Positions 46,028 to 59,340 of a stretch of 64,000 nt of DNA are shown here, piece by piece. The stretch is from Eledone cirrhosa (lineage: Eukaryota), in assembly GCA_964016885.1 (NCBI GenBank), contig OZ024743.1, positions 303,304,001 through 303,368,000 on the forward strand, given 5' to 3'. Made by a program: the position numbers and the translations under genes. The notes below the pieces were generated by a model. The model was not told the origin of the DNA and made no database searches. It worked only from the letters and a program-made list of their open reading frames with translations. Numbering within the stretch: position 1 is the stretch's first letter; each line of letters opens with the position of its first letter.

Positions 46028-47142
46028 CCATCACTCTCACTATATCTCCCTCTATATATATATCTCTCTCTGTCTCGCACGCTCACCCCCTCTATCTTTC
46101 CTCATTTTCCCTCCATCTTTCCCTATCTCTCTAAAACAAACCATACTATCTTCCAGTATTACTCACTCTCTTTATCTTCTTACGTTATCCGTCGTGTATG
46201 TATTTATATTAGCACCAGAATATTTTTTATCGTTTCTCCTTTATTTTTATCTACATCCGCCTTCTCATCATCTGTTACATACTATGACAAATATATTCAC
46301 ATGTAAACACACATACAAACACAACATACAACTACAATATGTTCGACACTTCTACTCCACCATTTCTTTCTTTTCCTTTTTTAACTTTTTCACTCAACTT
46401 TCTGTCGTTCTTTACTCTAATATATAACATCAAGCTTGAAACCATAACGATTCCAAGTCATTTTCTTTTCCAAGGAAATGGTTATAACATGGTTATTTTA
46501 TGTTTGTTTGTTTATCGTTTCCATTTATTGTCTGTTATTTTTTTTTATTTTCTTCCATTAAGAAGTCGATATTGTTCCATTATCTTGGAAGCGTTAACTG
46601 CCTTGAATTCTTGGTCTACCATTAGCAGTACTCTCCGTGCTTTTACGTCACTTCATCTGGTCTGATTTACCGACGAAGTCTTCTCTCATCAACTTCAGAT
46701 TTTAAAGGTTTTCTTATATGAAGCGTACATTTCCTGTTCTCGACACAGTCGCATTAGTTCAGAATACATTTTAAAATAAAATTGAGAAATACGTAGAGAG
46801 AGAGCGAGAGGAAAATGCAGATAGAATAGGAAGAAAAAGGAAGACTAATAGCAGTATGGAAGAAATAAAAATAAAATTACAAACAAAGAATAAAAAGCGC
46901 GGAAAGGTGAAAATGTAAATCTCACAAACACGCATACATGCTCACTTACACACACAAATCTACAGTCATACACACAAACAAGAATGGTGTGTTTTAATAA
47001 ATAAATAGAAAACTTAATGAAGTCATAGTAATATTTTATACCGGGAGGCCCAGAACAAACCAGACCATTTAAAAATATAACTTTTTCCAATTGAATATTT
47101 AATTGATAAAAGATTTATTATAACTTAAAATGGTCTTGTTTG

Positions 47143-47220
<78 letters not shown>

Positions 47221-47327
47221 TTATTTATTAAAATAACAGATTAAAGTGTAAGCAAAGAATCGCTGATTTCACCCTTAACGGGATCTTTGAGCCCTCTTTG
47301 GATTTTAGTCTTCAAATTTATTAGTAT

Positions 47328-47399
<72 letters not shown>

Positions 47400-47653
47400 A
47401 AATAAAATAACAAGGACGAATGGTTACTCCTTCAATACGTTTATTGGTTGGTGACACGCTTTTCGCCACTGATCAGCTCAAGGTTCGATCTGTATCGTTC
47501 TGACCCGTCTCTGTACTCCGCGGTCGTCAGATGCCTTTTAATTGTAATGGACTATAATACACTCTGTCTAGCTCTACACCTACGCACCGAGGTGAACCGA
47601 AACATAGAGTGCTCACCGGGGTGAACCTACAGTAAGTCCAGGTTACACTCGCT

Positions 47654-47762
<109 letters not shown>

Positions 47763-47794
47763 TGTATATATATCCAGATGTATATATATATATA

Positions 47795-49170
47795 CATCTT
47801 CCCAAGACATGGCGAACTGAATCTATGAGACGTTCAACAACACGGACGAGAACATTGACTTCAGTGTTGAACACCTCAACGACGACGGGTCACATGCGCT
47901 TCTCGACTTCCGAATCAACATCACGCAACAGGGAGGGATCCACTGCAACTTCGACCGAAAGGCAGCCTGCAGGGAACTGTTCGTCGACTACAAATCCGCC
48001 CTCTCTAACAGTGCCAAAAGAGCATACATCACGAACGAGATCGCGCGAATCAAAAACAGATACAGCGATCCCGCGAGTGGTGTCACTCATACCAAGCGAT
48101 TCCTCGAGATGCTGGAGACGAACGGGTACCCTACCGCGCTCACAGACAGAGTAGGAGACACGAGACACAAGAGACAGAGAGGCACCCAAGGCAAGTGCTT
48201 CCTTAAAATGCCACACCTGGGCGAGAATACAACCAACTCTATCCGCAAGGTTATACGGAGGGGGGGGGGCTCGACATCCACCTGGCTCACTCGGGCCCAA
48301 CCCTGCGAAGATGCCTCTCCAGGAAACCCTGGAAATCAACTGACGCGTGCTCACTCAAAGATTACCCGATGCGCCATGAGAAATGTTGCCTACGCACATA
48401 CGTCGTGTATAAAATAGAATTTAACAAGTGCAACCAATACTATATAGGTAGCACAAGCCGGCCGTTGCACATCCGGATCAAGGAACACGCTAAAACCAGA
48501 GCCTCGTCTTTCCGGAAACACATAGCCAAATGCGGAAACAAAGACGGAAGGCCCATTGTCACAATTCTAGCGACAGAAAGAAACGTCGTCCCGTTACGTA
48601 TCAAGGAAGCACTTTGGATCAAACGCCTAGGGCCACAATTAAACAACCGATCCGAGAGAAGCGAAATGACGTTGTTGGTTTAAGTTAACAAACGATGCAG
48701 CAACACACGCACACACACACACAAGCGAGACAGCAACACACGCACACACACACACAGTAGCATTCCAGCATACGAACAACCTACACTGACAATACAGAGG
48801 AACAAGGCAACAACACACGCACACTCACACACTCAAGCGAAACAACACCACACGCACACACACACACACACACAGTAACATTCACCAAACTGGCAGAGAA
48901 TGGAGTGACAGCTAGCGCCACCCCACTTCCACAATTGAAATAACTACATCGGCCGCTGACCTCTGTCTAACCGACCCCATTTCACGTGCACGCGCGCTCT
49001 GCTGAATACCACAGATATTCAAGACAACGAACAGAGGAGGACACGTTTCGCACCTTTCCGACAGACAAGAAAAAAAACCCAGTTGATGGATGTGAATCCG
49101 AAATATATAGGGACAATTAAATCTCTCCCAAGGTAACTCTTTCTCGTGTTGTTATTTTTATTTTTGTCCT
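47795..49170 (+). mobile_element. 5'-truncated PLE remnant (RT thumb + GIY-YIG + 3' UTR), different family
   Basis: ORF 48369-48683 has VVYKIEFNKCNQYYIGSTSRPLHIRIKEH...LRIKEALWIKRLGPQLN. Upstream frames give [13 protein letters not shown] and [11 protein letters not shown] degenerate HHR lies at 49078-49112. Confidence 0.8.
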
Positions 49171-49419
49171 TTACGCTCTTTCCTTCATTCTTCTACACGT
49201 TACAGTCTTATACACGCCACGCATCTCAACGTACACCCACTTACATCCCTCTATCCACCACCGGATCTTGTTACCCGGAGATTTACCCATCTGCATTGTC
49301 GAGGCTTCCAAACGACTTAAAGACATTTACCATATATATACATATACCGAGGCCCAAAACTAACCAGACAATTTAAAAATATAACTTTTTCAATTGAATA
49401 TTTAATTGATAAAAGGTTT

Positions 49420-49469
<50 letters not shown>

Positions 49470-49471
<2 letters not shown>

Positions 49472-49692
49472 CACCTTGATCACCTTGACCGACCAGTCTG
49501 TCGGGCGCCAAACGACGCCGCCGGTCACAGCATGTCGTGCTCTTTTAGCCATAAGACAGCGCCATCCCACTGGCTGGGCGGGCAGGCCGGTACTCATTTT
49601 TACAGCTGAGTAAACTGGAGCAGCGGGAAATAAAGTGTCTTGCTCAAGGAAACAACACATCACCCGGTCCGAGAATTGAACTCACAACCTTT
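49470..49692 (-). mobile_element. CORE-type SINE fragment
   Basis: Reverse complement contains GAGTTCAATTCTC (B box) followed by CCTTGAGCAAGACACTTTATTTCCCGCTGCTCCAGTTTACTCAGCTGTAAAAATGAGTACC, which resembles the SINE CORE domain. Confidence 0.7.
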
Positions 49693-49699
49693 AATACAT

Positions 49700-50727
49700 G
49701 TTTGGTAATAAATGTTCTGTAAATCCATACGTACATATATATATGTGTGCATGTATGTATATATATTCATACTACTGTACGTCTGTATACATATATGTAT
49801 GTAAGTATACATACTTATATTTAAGTAACAGCCGTAATAAGAGTGTGAAATGAGATTCCGTTTCATTTTTTCCGTTTATCGTTTTCGGTGCGCCCGGCCG
49901 ATTAACGCACTCGATATGCAAATTAGGCTGCTCAGCCGTTAATATGCATAAGGAAAGTATATACTTTCAGCCGTTCAATCATCTGGCAGGAAGGTATACG
50001 GAGCTTACGTTAGCTAATAAGCTTGAAACTAGTACATAGTTTCTTTGTCAGTGTTGAACAAAAGAGCAACGATGGTTGCTAAACACTGTACGGCTTAATT
50101 CGAGATATTTGTTTACAAACACACCGAGCATTATAATAAATGTTCGGTAAATCCATATATATATATGTGTGTGCATGTATTTATATATATACATACTAAT
50201 GTACGTCTGTATACATATATGTTTGTACGTATACATACTTATATTGAAGTAACAGCCGTACTAAGAGTGAGAAATGAGATTTCGTTTCATCTGTTCCGTT
50301 TATCGTTTTCGGTGCGCCCGGCCTATTAACTCACCCGATATGCAAATTAGGCTGCTCAGTCGTTAATATGCATGAGGAAAGTATATACTTTCAGACGTTC
50401 AATCATCTGGCAGGAAGGTATACAGTGCTGACGATAGCTAATAAGCTTGAACCTAGTACATCGTTCCTTTGTCAGTGTTGAACAAAAGAGTAACGATGGT
50501 TGCTAAACACAGTACGTCTTAATTCGGGATGTTTGTTTACAACTACACCGAGCATTATAATAAATGTTCGTGAAATCCATACGTACATATATATATGTGT
50601 GCATGTATGTATATATATATGCATACTACTGTACGTCTGTATACATGTATGCATGTACGTATACATACTTATATTTAAGTAACAGCCGTACTAAGAATGA
50701 GAAATCAGATTTCGTTTCATTTTTTCC

Positions 50728-50732
<5 letters not shown>
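49700..50732 (+). repeat. ~424-bp tandem repeat (~2.4 units) with decayed HHR in each full unit
   Basis: TAAATGTTC..AAATCCATA recurs at ~49710, ~50137 and ~50561; HHR motifs at 49999-50039 and 50423-50463; ends in (TA)n. Confidence 0.85.
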
Positions 50733-50764
<32 letters not shown>

Positions 50765-50777
50765 AAGGGATACATAA

Positions 50778-50864
<87 letters not shown>

Positions 50865-50960
50865 AATGAAGTAATTCCGTCAGAAAGGTCCAGGAGAAAA
50901 GAGTGCTCTATATAGGTTACAGAGCTTAATAGTTATGTAATAAACAACATAAGGTAATTA

Positions 50961-51021
50961 TTTCATTCACCAGTGGTTTCTTGAAAGCAAACACATTTTG
51001 ATTTCAATCATCAGAATGAAA
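50961..51021 (-). ncRNA. Type I hammerhead motif, probably inactive (GUG triplet)
   Basis: UUCAUU-CUGAUGA-UUGAAA..UUUCAA-GAAA-CCACUGG-UG-AAUGAA; all three stems pair. Confidence 0.65.
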
Positions 51022-51348
51022 AAATCCTGGTGTATTTATTGCCATTGGATAAAAATCCAATGTCAATGAATACACCAGCTATTGGGAGATGGATACTTGA
51101 TAGTTTTATGACCCTAACTGAAGACGATAGCAGTCGCCGTGTTTTGACTGCTTGATCTTCATATGAGGGACTAAACTCTCTAAGTGAACGGCGTTAATTT
51201 TCTCCCTCATAACAAGGATTTGAAGCAATTCATTTTCACCTGACGAGATCAGTGATAATCGATCATGGCGATCGATCTATCTCTTATTGATACATGTGTC
51301 GTGATTAAAATGATTGGAACTGTATACCAAGCCTTTGGATCTTTATTT

Positions 51349-51381
<33 letters not shown>

Positions 51382-51387
<6 letters not shown>

Positions 51388-54203
51388 GAAATGACAGGAG
51401 GCTGGATTTGTGTAAATCCTTGAAAGGTTTATTATACTATGATCATTTCAATGACCGGGTTCCGTATGAATCCGGTGATATCATCAGGTATTCGAAATAT
51501 AATACGTGAATGTAATAGATAAAATCCATGGGGCTGGAAATCGGGCACCCGAGGGCCACTGCTATTCTGTTCCTTCAACCTCAGCCGGTCGCCCTGGAGT
51601 GACGTGGCTAAAATTTATAGTATGCTACTGCCGGTCAGATGAACGAAAACAGAAAGTGATGGGAGCATAAGTTAACGTCGATCTCATGACACAAAGTAAA
51701 AGAAAGAAAGAAAGGAAGGAGAGAGAAGAAGGGGGAAGAAAGAAGAAGAGAAACCAGGGTTAATGTCAGCTAAAAGAAGAAAGGCATCTACTACCGGTCA
51801 GATATAGGCAAGCAAGAGGGGGAAGGAAGATAAGTCTGCGGGAGGAAGACAGGAGGAGGGGAGAAGAGAAGGAAGGGAAGAGAGAAGTAGAAAAGTAAGG
51901 GTTGATGGCTACAAGAAGGAAGATAGAAAGAAAGAGGAAGGAAGGTCGATATTAATGTCACACAAGTCGGGCCAGGAGGGGCGCGAAAAATGTTCACAGG
52001 GACCCGCATCTTAGCAGAGGTGAATATATTGGGGGTCAGTGTGTTACAATGTTTAGACTTATAGGATGAAGTTAAAAAATTAATAATCAATATTCCATAT
52101 TAAAGAGGTTAGAAAATTTAGAGCTCAACAGTTTCAGGTTGATATATCTAATAGTTCCGATTTGTTCTGTAATTTAAAGGTACTATTTGGCGGTTAAAAC
52201 ACCGGCCGCGCCCCGGGCCCCATGGCGAATTAAGCCACGCTGAGTATTTTCATTTACCGAAAGACGGGGAAATTTATTTTTCCAAGCACTCCAGGTGAGC
52301 TCGTTCGCCAGGGAGCTGGTCGCGCCGCCGCCAAAACCCACCCAATGGTCCGACAGAAAGTTGGAACTTTAGAATTTTGCTTAACTCTATCGGATGAAGT
52401 TGAATGAATTCAGAATAACATTATAAAACTAAGGAGTAAGAAGATTGAGAATTGAAGATTAAACATTCAAATAACTTCTATGAGGTTTTGGGTTGCGGGG
52501 TTTAATTAAATAGAGTCGTTTATGAAGAAACGTTAATTGTATTATGTAGATCTGTAATTTATCCTAGTGGGATGTAGAGTAAGGGATACAGTCGTGTAAT
52601 GTTTAATTTTTGTTCTCCGGAGAAGACATTCTAGTGTCGTGTGCAAATGGGTACGGGTCCCAATGTGAGGAGTAGAAATACATGGATACATAGATGTGGA
52701 ATACGTGGAAGAGCACATTGGTACAGCAGAGGTATAAATATATAAACATATCAATATATAGGTATAAACATGTAAATAAACCAACAAGATTGGTGTTGGA
52801 GTAAGATGGAGAAATCAGGACATAGGAGAATTACAATATAGTTCAGGTTGTCGTATTTATGTTCCGGGGGGGGGGGGGCAATCCTGAGTCGTGTGCTAAG
52901 GGTGCACGCGAGTAAAAGTCCGAATAAGGGGAGTAAAAAGTACATGGATGTATAGAGGTAGAGTACGTGGAAAGACATTAATACAGCAAACAAAGATGTG
53001 AAGATATAGATAAACAAACAATAGTCGTTGTCTAGTAAATGTAGAGTTCAAGACACAGGAGAAATACAATATAGTTCAGGTTGCGGTATTTATGTTCCCA
53101 GGGGGAGATATTCCAGTGACGTGTGCTAAGGGTACACGCGAGTAAAGGTCCGAATAAGGGAAGTAGAGAGTACATGGATGTATAGAGGTAGAATACGTGG
53201 AGGAGCATTAATACAGCAAATAAAGATAAAAAGATATAAATAAACAAACAAGAGTCGTTGTCTATTAAATGGAGCGAACGAGCTCACCTGGAGTGTTTGG
53301 AAAAATAAATTTCCCCTTCTTTCAGTAAATGAAAATACTCGGCGTAGCTTAATTAGCCATGGGGCCCGGGGCGCGGCCGGTGTTTTAACCGCCACATAGT
53401 ACCTTTAAATTACAGAACAAATCGGAACTATTATATAATTAAATGATAAACTGTTGAACTTTAAATTTTCTAACCTCTTTAATATGGAATATTGATTATT
53501 AATTTTTTTTAACTTCATCCTAGAAGTCTAAACACTGTAACACACTGACTCCCAATATATTCATCTCTGCTAAGATGCGGGTCCCTGTGAACATTTTCTC
53601 GCGCCACTCCTGGCTTGACTGGTCTGACATTAATATCGACCTTTCTTCCTCTTTCTTTCTATCTTCCTTCTTGTAGTCATCAACCCTTACTTTTCTACTT
53701 CTCTCTTCCCTTCCTTTTCTTATCCCCTCCTCCTGTCTTCCTCCCGCAGACTTATCTTCCTTCCCCCTCTTGCTTGCCTATATCTGACCGGTAGTAGTTG
53801 CCTTTCTTCTTTTAGCTGACATTAACCCTGGTTTCTCTTCTTCTTTCTTCCCCCTTCTTCTCTCTCCTTCCTTTCTTTCTTTCTTTTACCTTGTGTCATG
53901 AGATCGACGTTAACTTATGCTCCCATCACTTTCTGTTTTCGTTTATCTGACCGGTAGTGGCATACTATAAATCTTAGCCACGTCACTCCAGGGCGACCGG
54001 CTGAGGTTGAAGGAACAGAATAGCGGTCGCCCTCGGGTCCCCGATGTTCAGCCCCATGGATTTTATCTATTACATTCACGTATTATATTTCGAATACCTG
54101 ATGATATCACCGGATTCATACGGAACCCGGTCATTGAAATGATCATAGTATAATAAACCTTTCAAGGATTTACACAAATCCAGCCTCCTGTCATTTCATT
54201 ATA
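51382..54203. mobile_element. Non-coding fold-back element, family A (younger copy)
   Basis: 51382-52308 and 53274-54203 are ~930-bp high-identity inverted arms; the spacer has ~240-bp internal tandem duplications; the left end is in (TA)n. Confidence 0.85.
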
Positions 54204-54349
54204 ATATTTAACTCCGTAATAGCACCACCAACTACAAAAACAAAGACGGTTGAACTGCTTTACGTTGAGTACTGTCTATATTATTGCATTACGATTGACC
54301 ATACGGAATAGACCAGCTCTATACAGTGGTGAACCTCAAACCTGAATAA

Positions 54350-54420
<71 letters not shown>

Positions 54421-54479
54421 CATATATATATATGTGTGTGTGTGTGCGTGCGTGTGTGTATGTGTGTGTGTGTATGTGT

Positions 54480-54511
<32 letters not shown>

Positions 54512-54734
54512 TGATGTATCCCTTTAAATTGAAGCTAGAGAATGGGTCTCATTAAACTTGAGTGTCACCTGTTTTTCACACGTTCATAAGATAAAACCCT
54601 GATGACCCTGTCATAAAAAAGCGAAACTGCAGAGTAACAAGAATCAGATTTTTGTCTTAATATAAATGGATGTTAAAATTGTGCTTCGGTAATGAATACT
54701 TCTTTTTCTCAGCCTTCTACCACTTACGGATATC

Positions 54735-54836
<102 letters not shown>

Positions 54837-54975
54837 GTAGGAGGTGAGTTGTATTGTAGTACACTAAATCAATGCAGATATCGGATAAATAGCACTCTAC
54901 AGTTTGTAGGACTGGAGTATAAATAATATATAAGATCAAAAGATGGTTAAAAGAGTTTTAACCATCTTTTGATCT

Positions 54976-55017
<42 letters not shown>

Positions 55018-55021
<4 letters not shown>

Positions 55022-56792
55022 GGAAAAATTTGAACACGAACAAAACAGAGAGGCAGAACAATGAATGTTTATTAATTTCACGCTCTGGAGAGTGGGGTGG
55101 TGGTGGGAAATGACGTTTCGGGCATAAGCCCTTCCTCAGGTGAGAAGTGTGTGGGAACAGAGTTCAAAGGGTGTGTAGGGGAGTGGTGGAGAGACATATA
55201 GCGAATGGAAACGGTGCGAATGAAATTAAAAATAAAAATAGAAATAAAGCATGATCAAAATACAAGGAATGAAATAAATTTAAATATAAAAGCATGATCA
55301 AAATAAACTGAAAATAAAAGGGGGGTAAAACAGGTAGTGGAAGGGTTTGGGGCGTGTAAGGGTGGTGGCGGGTGGAGTGGGGAGAGGGAGACGGGGTGTC
55401 CGAGCCGGGAGGGCTGAAGGCGTTGTGTGTGTGTAGGTGTACGTGTGTGTGTGTGTATGTGAAAGTAAGTGTTTGGGGAAGAACGGGGTTGCATGTTCAG
55501 GAGGAGGTGTGTGCGTGGGGGGGTCGGAATGTCTGTGCGTGTGTGGATAGAGGGGGGGATCAGGAGGCTGAGGGTGTAAATATGTGGTGGAAAGCACGTG
55601 TGTGTGGGGTTTAAGGGTGTTGTGGGTGTAGGTGGTGTGTGGAGAAAAAATTGTTTGGGGTGTGTGTGTTGGTGAGTTATATAGGTGAATCCGTAAGAGG
55701 ATGGTTGAAAAGTTGGTAAAATCCTATGATGTTTAGTGGATTCTGTGGTGGTCAAGTTCCACATACGAGTATTCCATGAAGAGATGGTCGGACGAGGAGA
55801 GATGTGGGGTGCGCGCGCAACAGGAAGTGGTCAAGCAGTGGGAGTGCTGTGTGTCTGTTTGTGCTGGGAGGTGGTCAGAGGGCATAGCAGGAGTCGGTGG
55901 AATGGTAAAGGGGCGAGGATGGGTAGGTGTGAAAGTTGGAGTGAGGAGGGTGTGTGTGTGTGTATTAGTAGAGGTGTTAGTGGGATGAGTGAGTGTGGAG
56001 CGAGGGTGTGGGTGGAGCGGGGAGAGAAGGGTGTGTATAGTTGTATGGAGGGAGTGTGGTATACTGGTGTGTGTGTAGTTTGATGAAGGGGTGTTAGTGG
56101 GTGTTAGTATACGAGAGGTGGGGAAGGGTTGAATGCAGGTGTGAGTGGGGGTTAGTGGTGGTAGGGTGTGTAGAGTTGGTGGTGTACGAGGGTGTGTGGG
56201 TACGTGTGCGTGGGGTTGGGGGGTGTTAGTGATGTTAGTTGCGTGTGGGATGGGTGGTGTAAGTGGGTGTGTGTTTTCGTGTGCTTGGGGTCAGGGGGTG
56301 TTAGTGAGGTTAGTTGCAGGGTGGTGGGATGGAGGTGTGGGGGGTGAGAGGTGTGGGGGTGAGGTTTAGTGGTGGTAGTAGGGTGTGTGTTTAGTGTGAG
56401 CGCGTGTATATATGTGCCGGTGGGTGTGTGCGTGTGATAATGAGGGGGGGGAAGAAGGGAGGGATGTTAGTATGTTAGTTGGGGAAGGGTGGTCGGATGA
56501 GGGGTGGAGTGGAGGTGTGGAGGTGTTAGTATTGTTAGTTGTGGGGTGGGCGGTGAAAAGGAGGGGTGTGTTAGTGGTGTTAGTGGGGGATAAGTGTGGG
56601 GGAGGGGGGCGGTCGATGGCTAAAGGAATAAGGGTGGGAAGTTCAGGCCGGGGGAAGTGTCGGTCTGTAAGATGAAGATAGTTCTTTGTTCGACTCTAAG
56701 GCGATTGGCGGGTGTTCCGTGGCATTGGAGTAGGCCACAGACTGTGAGATGGCGTGCGGAATGTCCAGGGCCACCAAAGTGGCGGGCGATAT
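55018..56792 (-). mobile_element. 3' remnant of a third PLE family (GIY-YIG C-terminus, long C/A-rich 3' UTR, HHR)
   Basis: ARHFGGPGHSARHLTVCGLLQC..RLRVEQRTIFILQTDTSPGLN (56620-56790) matches Neptune-type C-termini; HHR core CUGAGGA-A GGGC UUAU GCCC-GAAA-CG-UC at 55112-55139; flanked by (TA)n. Confidence 0.8.
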
Positions 56793-56812
56793 TTATATAT
56801 ATATATATATAT

Positions 56813-56857
<45 letters not shown>

Positions 56858-57159
56858 GAGAGGGGGAGAGAGAAGTGATAGAGTGACACATTTCATGAGA
56901 CTATTATTCATTCAGTCATGTCAATGGATTTTCTTCTGTGTATTCATTCTCTCTGTAGAGAAGACTCATCGGTGGTGCATAGGATAGAATCCAGAATACA
57001 TAACTTGCTACTGTCTTTTAAAACAGATATATAGTTATATTTATTTCTCCTGAGCATACATTATCAAGTCGATACATATATGCATACAACATCAGACACA
57101 CACACTGACTCACACACCCACACACACACATGCCCATACATACACACAGGCAGACACAT

Positions 57160-57271
<112 letters not shown>

Positions 57272-59124
57272 ATATAGATATTTAGATATGGATGTCTTAG
57301 ATTCCCTTCTGCATATGTTGCAGTGTAAACAATTGAAAAATGTTAACCTCATGCAACACAACTGGAGTTGTTTCGATGAAGTGTAACCTGCTCATGAAGA
57401 TATATTTTATTTTAAGTGGAGAAATTCCATGCACTTAATCAATCCCACTCTCTGAACAAATATGACATATAACTTTGAATGATATCCTAACAAGAACTAG
57501 GGGCATCTCACTCTCGCTTGGCTAATCGAAGGCTCGGGCACCACATCGAGTATTTCCATACACACGAGCGCGCGCACACACATACACACACACACTCTCA
57601 TATAATATTATACTCATGTTTGGCAGGCCAGGCTGAGTTTAATACATTGATATTTGTATTGTTATTAACACACACGTCATTACATTTTGCCAACAGATTT
57701 CTACAAATTATATTCAATCCCGTCGTTTCTTTAAACGTAAATGAAAAGCTATATCCTAAATACTTCTGACTTTGTTAAGCGAGTAGATTTTCTATTGTGG
57801 GACATTTATATATTAACTCTGTAAAAGTCAAAGCACCGCCTAGGAGGATTATATTTTTCTGAAAATGAGACAGCCTGGAAGGTAAAATTAACGATGGATA
57901 TTTCCAATTGAAGGTAAATGATTGAAAATGTTGTACGAGACATGTATAAGTCTAGTACTAAATCATTTAATATACTGTGTATAGACAGTCACAAAGATCA
58001 CGTACAGAACTAGAAATGGATAACCGTATTTTAGTTATACGCACCAAATGAAAACAGACAACGTTGAAATATTTCTTATCATTGTAATGCGGATTTATTG
58101 CTTCCCGAATATAGAATGTGATTGTTTCAAAACTTTTCCTCCAATCAACATTTAGTTTATTCCCAGACTGATACCACACGGACGAAAATGCTATTACTCT
58201 TTGGAAATTTATTACTGAAATTAAATAAGTCTTGGCACCGAATCAATCGTATCCGACGAATTAATTATTTGTCACGATTTAAACCATATCAATGTTTCTA
58301 GTGTATATTTTTTTAATTAGTTTTCACCGCTAAAATTACCAGTGTGTTCTTGAAACTTATTTCTATTAGCTTAATAGAATGTTCTATTATGTAGACTCAT
58401 ATATAATATGTCCCACAGGTGAGATCAAATTTTGCGCATAGGCTGCTCAAATATGCTATATTGAATTAAAGTTGGATAGAGTAAAACATGATGTCTTAGC
58501 AATCATGCATTTTCTCAGTGTATATTTGTAAACTATACAAATAATCCTCCCCCGGTAAACAACAGGTATAAATATTGATTGTTACTTGATTAAACAAAAC
58601 AAAGCTGTAGGGAAGGAAAAAACAAACAAACTGGTATATGCCTAGAAGGAACGCTATAATGGATATGAATTCAGTAACTCACTCTGACACACATTCACTT
58701 CATATAGAAAGAAGAATTTGATAAACATATATTGTGAAATGCCACTACTTCATAAGTGTAATGTTCTGATACCGTCATTTTCTTCTTTCATTAAAACAAT
58801 GTTTTAATTGTGATACATCCCTTATTAACCTACTTGACTTATATTTAAATAAACGCGACTGATTCCATAGTATTTTACAGTAAGCATATATAAACATATA
58901 CAAAAAGGCTACGCAATAATCATGCAACTGAATATTATGGGATGTTGCAGATAATGTGGACAGACGAACATTTTGCTTTGAAACAAAAATATTATATGTA
59001 TCCACGTCATTTCTATATTCTTTAATAGCATGGATTCGAAATCGGAAACGAAAGACGATACTTTCAATTATTTTAATACACATATCTACATGATTGAGTT
59101 GTATTTCTCCTCTATATATTAGAA

Positions 59125-59340
59125 CTAGTAATTGGCAGTATCGGAAGAGCAGAGAACAAAATACTTTGCTGTATATAGTTACGAAGTTTCACATTCTAAG
59201 TTAACATATAGCTGATATCAACTTTACCTTTCATCATTCTGCGGTCAATTAGATAACATTCTACTTACGTGTTGGGGTCTATATAATATGCTTTCTCCTA
59301 ACTCCAAATTGGTTGACTAGTGATGATGTAAGCAATAATT
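59125..59340 (+). mobile_element. Degenerate SINE copy
   Basis: ATTGGCAGTATCGG...AACTTTACCTTTCATC is similar to the SINE at 62677. Confidence 0.45.

Noticed and set aside
51117-51280. CTGAAGA and CTGACGA motifs followed by hairpins
   Set aside because: The GAAA and NUH elements are missing; at most unrecognisably decayed relics.
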